NCBI GenBank assembly: GCA_951406725.2
Contig: OX597822.1
Location: 115,072,001 to 115,136,000, forward strand
DNA from: Octopus vulgaris
Taxonomy: Eukaryota
Length of the DNA: 64,000 nt
Direction: 5' to 3'
Shown here: piece after piece, positions 53,781 to 64,000 of the stretch
Position numbering within the stretch: the stretch's first letter is position 1
Layout: the number at the start of each line of letters is the position of its first letter
Notes under the pieces: model-generated
Seen by the model: only the letters and a program-made list of their open reading frames with translations
Database searches by the model: none
Told to the model about the DNA's origin: nothing
Position numbers and translations under genes: made by a program

Positions 53781-54639
53781 ACTTGGCATCCTTCGACATT
53801 ACCGTGGCATCCTTCGACATTAGTTTTTAAAATGTGAAACTCCCTGATAACTTTCAGAGAACCCCGGGGTGGTTGCAGAATACATTTTGGGAATCCATGC
53901 TCCAGACTAACAACTCTACACCACAAACTTAACTTAACTTTTATGGACATTTACTGGTAACTGCACATGAGAGCAATGCAGTCTTGTTGATGGGTTTTGT
54001 TAATTACTAGGACTCGTGTTTTGATGCATAGAATTTGTAATATTACTTTAATTCATTGTGTTTTTGTTTCTATTCGCTTAGAGATCAGTTGGGCTTCTGC
54101 TGCTGATACCGTACTTCAGATTCTAGCTTTAATTTCAGCCCCTCAAAAGTAGTGTCCATGTAATAGTCGATCCCATAAATTTGACCTTAAAAAATGGTCT
54201 AAAACCTTCGACGTTTACACGAGTATATACGGTATATGTATGAGTGTGTGTTATGTGTGTGTATTTTTATACACACACACACACACACAAATATATATGC
54301 GACAATTTGACATTTACAGTTGTTTCTGATAATCACTATCGGTTCGGTCATTGACTGGTCGATCTATTGATCGGTTGAGAAAAGTTGAACGACATCAAAG
54401 AACTAATGCTATCCTCATCGGAGTCGTAGTATACTGATGACAAACAAAGCAGAACAAAGGATCAATGAACGATACATGCATGAGAAAGGGAGTGAAAAGA
54501 GGTAAGGCGTATAAGGTGAATGGAAGACAGATAAAGATAGTCTTTTATTGTTTTATTTGCTTTAGTCATTTGGCGCGGCCATGCTGGAGCACCGCTTTTA
54601 GTCGAACAAATCGACCCCAGGATTTATATATACATTCTT

Positions 54640-56199
54640 TTATTCTTTTACTTGTTTTAGTCATTTGACTGCAGCCACGCTGGAGCGCCGCGTTAAGGGT
54701 GTTAATGGTGTTAAGTCCAAGAAATTGATCTCAGGAACTATTCTTCGTAAGCTTAGTACTAATTCTATCGGGCTCTTTTGCCGAAACACTAAGTTACGCA
54801 GACGTAAACACACCAATATCGGTTGTCAAGTGATGGTGGAGGAACAAACTCCCACACAAAAATATACAACCCCCACACACACGCGCATATGTATATACAT
54901 AAGCATGTATATATATATATATATATGTATATATAGATATAAATATATATATGTGTGTGTGTGTGTGTGTATGTATATTAGTTTGCTTCACGTGAAATGT
55001 CGCATTTTTAATTACTTGTTATTTCAGTCATTTAAAAATTCAATTATGTGTACTTTGCATTTAATCTTACCTCTTTTTCTTTCCCAACAATAATAGTATA
55101 CAAAATTCGTACCTACACACATTATTAAAATGATGACAACCAAATTATGTCGAGGGATTTTCTTGTATGAGTACAAACTGGATCACACTGTCGCAGAAGC
55201 TCTACGGAATATCGAGCGTGACTTTGGTTATGGCTTTGTTGACATCAGAGCTATTCAGAGATGGTTTCAAAGCCCTCGTTCAGGAGATATTAGCCTTGAA
55301 AATAAACCAAAGAGTAGGCCAAAATCAGTTGTTCAGCATGATAAATTAAATGCTTTAGTTGAACAATTCCGAGAAGAAAGGTTCGAAAACTTTCATCAGA
55401 ACTCTAAGCATCTCATACAACTGTTTTTTGGACACCTATAAAGAATTGGAAAAGTCAAGAAAACAGATTGGTTTCTTCTAAATCAACTGAACGAGATTTT
55501 TAAAAATAGACACCTCGAAGTGTGCTCCTTATTGCTTTCTCGACTGGAAAAAGACCATTTTTGCATCAAATCAATCATTACTTGTGATGAGAAATGGATA
55601 CTCTTTGACAACAGCCGGAGAACAGGACAGTGATTAGATGCAGGATGGTCACCTAAACACTACCCAAACCACCATTGAGCGGTCACAGTATGGTGGTCTG
55701 CGAAGGGACTTATTCATTATTCATTTTTGCGACAAGGAAAAACGGTAACAGCAACATCGTATTGCCAGGAAATTGATTGTACGCATGAGAATTTTAAAAA
55801 GAAGCAACCCAGACGAGTGAATAAAGATGGCCCAATTTTGCTTCACGACAATGCACGTCCTCACACTCTTCGAGCCGCAGTCCAAAAGTTGCAAAGTCTG
55901 AATTATGAGATTTTGCAACATCCTCCCTATTCACTGGATATCATCACTTATTGAATACTGATCATCACTTATTTAAGCATTTTGAGCTTTTCATAAACAA
56001 TAAAACATTCTTAAATAGAGAAAAGGTAGTTGAAACATTCGGACAGTTTATCACAGCAAAAATGAATTTTTTTAAAGATGGAATATAAGAAATAGACAAA
56101 ACGTTGGGTAAACTTCATAAATGAACATGGATAATACTTTGATTAAATAAATCAGTTCTTCTCTGAAGCACTTTATTGTTGCCTTTCATGTGAAACAAC

Positions 56200-56253
<54 letters not shown>

Positions 56254-56418
56254 TACGACGGGCTTCTTTCAGTTTTTGTCAACCAAATCCACTCACAAGG
56301 CTTTGGTTGGCCCGAGGCTATAGTAAAAGACACTTGCTCAAGGTGCATGCAATGGGACTGAATCCAAAACCATGTGGTTGACAAGCAAACTTCTAACCAC
56401 ACAGCCACACCTGGGCCT
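54640..56418 (-). mobile_element. CORE-like SINE split by a mariner inserted in its internal microsatellite
   Basis: 3' half at 54640-54900 and 5' half at 56245-56418, both minus and collinear with the 41690-42118 copy. Confidence 0.8.
54978..56203 (+). mobile_element. Full-length degraded mariner with TIRs and TA TSD
   Basis: TIRs TTAGTTTGCTTCACGTGAAA and (reverse complement) TTAGGTTGTTTCACATGAAA. Motifs FLYEYKLDHTVAEA, RWFQ..SGDISLENKPKSRP, ITCDEKWIL, LLHDNARPH and HPPYS. Confidence 0.92.
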
Positions 56419-56546
56419 ACATAGAGTTTTGATAAACGTCTTGATACAGTCTCAACATTTGAAAAATTATTTTCGGAAATTAAAATTATTACTAATATTA
56501 AATATGAAACCGGGGCAGTTCGAGTAAAGAAAAAAACGAAGAAACT

Positions 56547-56965
56547 AAGGCGGTGAGTTGGCAGAATCGTTAGCACGCCGGGCAATATACAAAGCGGCAT
56601 TTTGTCCGACTTTATGTTTTGAGTTCAATTTCCGTCGAGTTCGACTTTGCCTTTTATCCTTTCGAGGTCGATAAAATAAGTACAAGTTGAGCCCTGGGAT
56701 AGATGCAATCGACTTATCCCCGCACCCGAAGTTGCTGGATTTGAGCCAAATTTGAAATGAATGTTAAAAAAACATAAAGGCGCCGAGCTGGATAAAATGC
56801 TTAACTTCATTTCTTACGACTTTACGTACTAAGTTTCAACTCCACTGGAGTCGCCTTTGCCTTCCCAGGGTCGATAAACTAAGTATCAGTTGAGCGCTAG
56901 GTTCGATGTAATTGTCTTATCTTCTCCCACTAAATTGCTGGCCTTGTCCCAAAATTTGAAGCCAG
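56547..56965 (+). mobile_element. Two tandem degenerate Meta-like SINEs
   Basis: aaggcggtgagttggcagaatcgttagcacgccggg at 56547 and aaggcgccgagctgg at ~56777. Confidence 0.75.
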
Positions 56966-57379
56966 TATAATTTTTTTTTCCATTTTTAAATCTTTTAAAA
57001 ATGTAGATTGTAAGCGACTTCGTTCTTTTCTGCATTTCAAAATGTGAGAACATCGAAAACCGCTCGCACAGAAACGTTTGTGTTAATCAGCGATATACAC
57101 AGACAAGACAGAAGTAAATAGACACCATTATAATCATTACAATTTGTTTAAATCTGAAATTATACATTAAAATTACTTATCAATTATTTATTAATTATTA
57201 GTCAAGACTATTGACTATTTTCCATATATCAATGGAAAATTAAGGTGGTTTTAGAGTCAGATTATGGCTGCTATTTTCAGCATGGTGGTATCTCGTAGAT
57301 AGCCTAATTTATAATTTTATATATATATATGTATGTATGTATGTATACATATATATATGTATGTATATATATGTGTGTA

Positions 57380-57434
<55 letters not shown>

Positions 57435-58121
57435 TTATCTATATATATCTATATATATATATATATATATATATCTGGCACTCCGTCGGTTACGGCAACA
57501 AGTGATCCAGTTGATTCGATAAACCAGCTGACAACCTGTACGTGAAATTAACGTACAAGTATCCGAGCACTCAGTAACTACGCATATCCTTAACATGTTT
57601 CTCAGAGAGATTCAGCGTGACACAGAATGTGACAAGCTCGGCCCTTTGAATTCAAGGAGGGACAGTATATTTTTTGCCAGGTGAAAGAAAGTGACTTGCT
57701 GAGGGACATACGGCGCCGCCGAGAATTGAATCCACGACCTTAATGTTGTGAATTCGCGCCTTCACACATACACACTCCTTTCCGCATATACACACAACTA
57801 TACAAGTGAATGTATGTGTAAGTATATATTTATCAACAAGTTTATTCAGGAATGCATTACTTCAATTTTCGTCGGTACGAACATCAAAGTTAATCACCTG
57901 AAACCTTATGCCTGACTCAGAAGGAAGCATTAATCCGATCGAGCGCTCCTTTAGAGTCCGGGTAACTTCAATTAAGGGACTTCTAAAACCAACTGTTTAT
58001 AAAACATATTTAAATTTCACGCCTTGTTCTTAAAATTTCCTTATTCTTTCCTTGTTTGTAAATGCGCGCAAACACACATACACACACACACATATATGTA
58101 TGTATATATATATATATATAT

Positions 58122-58344
58122 AAGGTTAATCCAAACGGGAAAACAGAAAAAACAACAACACGTGGAACAATTACAGTATTATTATTATTAGGCGCTCAGG
58201 AAAATGGAAGAAGGAGGGTATGACGTTTCGAGCGGAGCTCTTCGTCGGAAACATAGGAGAAAGAAAGATCCCGAGACGGGAGGACAGAGGAAAAAAAAAA
58301 TTGCAGGTAGTCTTCAAGAGGTCACATACTGACCTTCACGAGGT

Positions 58345-58348
<4 letters not shown>
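58122..58348 (-). mobile_element. Penelope pLTR-like fragment with hammerhead-like motif (58218-58254) between (TA)n runs
   Basis: Minus strand GUUU-CCGACGA-A-GAGC-UCC-GCUC-GAAAC-GUC-AUAC. Confidence 0.55.
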
Positions 58349-58398
<50 letters not shown>

Positions 58399-58612
58399 CA
58401 AACACACACACGCACACACATATATATATATACATATACATGCACACACACACATATATATTTATGTATATATGTAGGCATGTACGTATACTTACATATC
58501 TATATATTTATACACATCATTCGATAGCTAGTTAGACACGGACTGATAAACACATCCATGCACATTTAAATAAATGCGTTTTTATAAATGCTTCTCTTTT
58601 TGTGTATATAAT

Positions 58613-58664
<52 letters not shown>

Positions 58665-59164
58665 CTAACATATGGCGAGTCTAAACATAATAATGGAAAA
58701 TCTGTATATATCAATGCATTTATCTAACTCGCTGCGCTGCTGTTTATGTTCTGAACTTCCAGCGAGTATTCGATTTAAGCAAGCATTTTTCGGATTCTTT
58801 GCAATTTATCACCTGTGAACTCGTATACTTCTCTTGAGTGTAGAACGAATTGGCACATTCCATAACGTCCTTTAAATACACTGCGTTTAAGAAATGATTA
58901 TAGGAATACAGTCAAAGCGTTTTTGATTCGTCTTTGATGAAAAGATACGCTGAATCGCAACAGACTTTGGCTTAAACAACAACAATAACCAAGGCGATGT
59001 CGACGACGATAATGATGATAATGATGACAACAAAGGGAGAGGGTGTGGTGGAGATGTGGAGGACGGAGAATGTAGAGGAGGACGACGGCGACGAAGACGA
59101 CATCGACCACGGTGACTTTGATGGTGATCTCGATCATAAAGAAGGGCATACAACTCATCTTGCT

Positions 59165-59376
59165 CCTCCTTTCCCCCTCTTCTTCCTTCTCTTCCTTCCA
59201 TCCCCTCCCTTCCTCCTCCTCTTCTTCTCCTCCTCCTCCCTTCCTCCTCCACCTCCTCCATCTCCTCCACCTCCTCCACCTCATCATCATCATCGTCCTC
59301 ATCCTCATCATCACCACCACTACCACTACTACTACTACTACTACCACCACCACCACCACCACCACCACCACCACCT

Positions 59377-59467
<91 letters not shown>

Positions 59468-59475
59468 TATCATCA
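59165..59475. repeat. Compound (CCT/CAC/CAT)n microsatellite
   Basis: Directly visible. Confidence 0.9.
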
Positions 59476-61031
59476 CCGTCAACGTCATCATAAGCATTAC
59501 TATCATGGCCGCAATGTTTAGCAGTTTTGCCATGGCCGGATACCCAGATCTCTTAGACAAATCTGTTCAGTTGCAGATAACAAATACAGTCGGTTTTTAA
59601 ATTCTCCGTATTATTCCTAGCCCATCTTGCTGGTGCTTTTAATAATTATGCAGTAGACCTTTTTTCAAATAATATGTCATATAGACTAGAATCCCATTGG
59701 TTCTCGCTGAAAATATCTTTAAGGATAGATGCGTCTGTAGAATATCAGCCATTTGTAGGTTAATTCAGGGGCAGGTAATTTGGTTGATCGAACGACTGAA
59801 TACTCATCATCGAAATAATGGAGAAAAGAAAGAAATATTTGACTGGCTGAACAAAGGGATTAACGTAGAGAATAACCTGTTTCTTTTCAGATATGGTAAG
59901 TATTTGAAATTCCTTCACACTAGTAACTATTACTGCCACTGATATTGGAGAAACTCTGTGTTACGAATCAACAAGGGAATCTCTAATTAGTGTTCAAAAT
60001 CTTACTCCAAACAAAGCCCAGCCGCCATTTTAAAACAGATAAATAGCACCTTACATTTTACATAGCGTACTTACAGGTACACAGTAATTGTAAAATAGAG
60101 AACTTACAGGATGAATAAGGTTAAAATATATTTGATCATAAATAACCAGAGTTGACTTCAAATCAGAAAACTGCGGCAAAATTTATATAAGCAGAGTATA
60201 TTCTTCTGTTGCATTCATGCTGTTTGTAAATGATTTTGTTTATCGTATATCTAATAATCCGCTCAACATATGACATATTCAGCAGTAATGTTAGGCTGTG
60301 TATTTGTGTAATATCCAAAATAACTTTTCTACAAAACAACGAAATGCTGGAAAATTGAGCACAGCTAGCTTCCTGTGCCATGCTAATTCTTTTAGATGCT
60401 TATGTAGTCTCGAAGAAGACACATACACCCTCTAGGCCACCTTGTCTTTGACGCAGCAGAACATCTAGGATGTGAGTTCTGGAGAGAGTGAAATCTTCAC
60501 CAGCACCTGGTTGGTACATCGTGTTGCTGAATCAAATAGAGCAACTTGAAAGAAAGTAACTTGCTCATGGCTACAACTCGCATCAGAAACAGAACCCACA
60601 TCCTTCTGGTCATGAACCAAGCACCGTAATCACTAGGCCACTCGTTTTCACAGACAAAAGTGTTTCCAAAGGCCAAGCGATGATAGCTAACCAAGTGGTG
60701 GATTATTTCTTCTCGGGTGGGGGAAATACTTCTGACCGACTTCAACACCGTTTCTGTCACCAATTTTAAAATAGTGCTTAGCAACATGAATGACTAAAAC
60801 AATCAAGATTTTCTAGTTCCCTGTAGTTTCTAACGTATCAGAGTGGACTCTCAAACAATATTAATTAATAAGCATAATAAAATAATTTGACACTCCATGT
60901 TTGCTGTTATTGGATAGATATAAATGGGCGTAGTGCAAAATACGTCAAGTTAAATTTTGCTGATAAGTTAATCAACATTTAGCTGCCACTAGCATTGACT
61001 GAACTAGAGCTAATAGAAGGCAATTTGTCCT

Positions 61032-61114
<83 letters not shown>

Positions 61115-61740
61115 CCTCCCTCGCTCTCTCTCTCCTATTCCAACCTTCAATTTCTCTCACCTATTCTTCCATTCTCTCTTTTTCTCTGTCACCACCCTTC
61201 TGTTTCTAACTCCCTCTCACTCGCTCTCACACTTCCATTGTCCTTTTCCACTCTCAAAGCATTGGTCAACGCGAAGCCATAGCAGAAGACACTTGTTCAA
61301 CAATGCTGAAGGCTGTGGGATCGAACCCGAAACCACGAACTTATGAAGTTAACTTCTTAACCTCACAACCATACCTGCATGCATATTTGCTTCAGGGTGT
61401 TCAAGATCGCTCACTGAGCGTTTATTCAGATGAGAAACTCAGATGGCGTGATGAAGTGACGGAGTTTACCTTCATATTACGCCATATTAATAAATAAACC
61501 CTGCCACATGTACTTCCTATTAACACACACACACACACACATACACACACACACACTTACATACGAACACAGAGCACCAACAAAACATCAGCACACCACA
61601 ACAGCTACAACCACCATACATTAACACCACTGCCACCACTTCCAGTTACACAGCTGCCACCAACACCGTTACGAATATCACTTCACACATACACACATAC
61701 ATATTTACACATTTATACGTACACATAAACACATGTGTGC

Positions 61741-61796
<56 letters not shown>

Positions 61797-62282
61797 TTAT
61801 GCATATATCTATGCATACATATATATGTATGCATAGATAGAAAGATTTATAGATAGATAAATAGATAGAGAGATAGAGAAATAGATACGGAGAGAGAAAA
61901 GGAGAGAGAAACATATACATGTTTGTATATATGTATATATATGTGTGCATATATATATACATATATATATACACACTCAGATATACATTAGCATACATAC
62001 ATACACATACACAACACACACAAACGCGCGCGCATATATATTCAATTGAACACGCGCTCGCACGCACATATGTGTGTGTATGTGTATTCGTGTGTTTCTC
62101 TATGAGTATATCGTTGTGTATTCATATATTCATATTGGTACGTACTAATATGTATATTTATCTACGCACTTAAATCGCTCATGCGTGTATGATGCAAACC
62201 TCATGCATTCTTAGACATTCATATTATCAGACTTTTCCCGGTCTCCCGATATGTATGACAAGTACCCATTTTGCACTTGTAA

Positions 62283-62313
<31 letters not shown>

Positions 62314-63534
62314 CACACACGCGCGAGCGCTCAAAAATATACTTGTACACATATACCTATTAAACACATACGAGTTCTCAATCACACAGACACATACGCA
62401 TACTCATACATATTATACACATACATGATATACATACATACATACATACATGTAAGTGGCGCATATAATACATTCATTCAAGGCACACAAAACTCCCGCA
62501 TTATAAAAACACATTCACACAACCCATTTCCTTGTCTACAAACAACACCGTTGCCCTTCCCCGCCCAAATGATTATAACCCATCTCCACCCTTGTCTACG
62601 CAAGCCACCCCATTCTCAACCCTCCCGCACCTCAGCATTATTCACCCGCTATTAACCCCCTCCCACCCTCCTACCATACTCCAATCATGAATAGCCCCTA
62701 TGCATTCATACATTTGTCCTGGCCTTCTCCCCAGCCTCGTTCTCCCGCTTTCTAACTACCACTCCCTCTCTTAAACTCTCTCCCACTAATTTTTTTCCCT
62801 CCTTGAAAACTTTAGCCCCTTTCTCCACTCTCTCTCTCTCTCTCTAGCAACCTATATCTCTATATACTTCCCCCACCACCACCACCCAACCTCCGTACGG
62901 CCAATCTCAGAAGGTTGCTCTGACGCCCTCCCCGCCACCCGGTCCTCCACCGATGTTTCAACCGTTATAAGTCGTACATTAATTATTTCACTCAATCTAC
63001 CACGAATCAACGAAAAGCGATCAGTCATGCACGTAATATGGCGGCTCTCGACCACCACCACCATCGCCGCCACCTCCAGTACTACTGTAGCAATCACCCC
63101 CACCGTCACGATCATCATCACCACCACCATTCCAACAACCATCGCCATCATCATCATTCTCGACTATCATCATTCTCGACTACCACACAATCCCCACCGC
63201 CACACAATCCCCACCGCCACCATCACCGCAACCACCATCGCTATCAGCACCACCACCACCACCACCACTATCACTACCACCATGATCACAGCACCATCGC
63301 CGCAAACACCATCATCACCGCTACCAACATCACAACCATCACCATCATCATCATTACCTCCACAACCAACACTACCACCACCGCTGTCACTACCACTACC
63401 TGCACCATCACTGCCGCCTTCATCTTTATTACCATCACCACCACCACCACCACCACCACCACCACCACTACCTCCACAATCACACTCATTTCTACATCTG
63501 CTTACACACCACTACCATCATTTCTTATTTCTGT

Positions 63535-63743
63535 ATTGCCCACAAGGGGCTAAACATAGAGGGGACAAACAAGAACAAAGGGATTAAGTCGATTACATTG
63601 ACCACAGTACGTAACTGGTACTTAATTTATCGACCCCGAAAGGATGATCTCGGCGGAATTTGAACTCAGAACGTAACGGCAGACGAAATTCTGCTAAGCA
63701 TTTCGCCCGGTGTACTAACGTTTCTACCAGCTCCTCGCCGCCA
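63535..63743 (-). mobile_element. Meta-like tRNA SINE
   Basis: cccacaaggggctaaacatagagggg...tcggcggaatttgaactcagaacg...ccagctcctcgccgcc. Confidence 0.85.
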
Positions 63744-64000
63744 TCATCTCCACCACCATCGACACCACCAACACCTCCAATATTATTAATAGCACGATAC
63801 GCACCGCCATCGCACCCACCATCATTACCACCACCACTAACTATAACAGCAACGTCAGCAGTGCAATGTTCGGCGTCGTAACGAATCTCGCAGTTCGCCG
63901 TGTTACAAATAATCTTTTCTACAATATGAACAAGGCCGGAAATTTTCTGAGGAAGGGGATAGTCGCTTACATCGAGCTCAGGGCTCCGATGGTACTTATT

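Noticed and set aside
58887-59600. Poly-M/V/H/E ORFs (also 20001-20443 and 63027-63587)
   Set aside because: Trinucleotide repeat tracts open in several frames on both strands, with no domain or splice support.

Overview
AT-rich eukaryotic DNA with very dense microsatellites ((TA)n, (TG)n, (CAT)n, (CAC)n, (TAA)n, (TATC)n, (TACA)n). The repeat repertoire resembles a cephalopod (Octopus-like) intergenic or intronic region; this is an inference. I can support no intact host protein-coding gene, and most ORF-track entries are microsatellite translations. The window is a mosaic of mobile DNA: (i) many R4/Dong-clade RLE non-LTR retrotransposon pieces stacked in (TAA)n tracts, including a 2.3-kb RT-CCHC-RLE copy with a single in-frame stop; (ii) CR1/L2-like, RTE and Penelope-like remnants; (iii) five Tc1/mariner-superfamily copies plus a truncated Tc1-like one, and several MITEs; (iv) at least four tRNA-derived SINE families, one forming a head-to-tail array; (v) several minimal type-I hammerhead ribozyme (HHR) motifs of the Penelope-associated kind. 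Two structures stand out. At 42141-46497 a head-to-head pair of a small element built as tRNA-like Pol III head + (TAA)n + hammerhead ribozyme has captured four R4/Dong insertions in or next to its TAA tract. At 20606-21034 a near-perfect 429-bp loop-less fold-back carries two outward-facing hammerheads. Coordinates were read by eye and may be off by a few bases.
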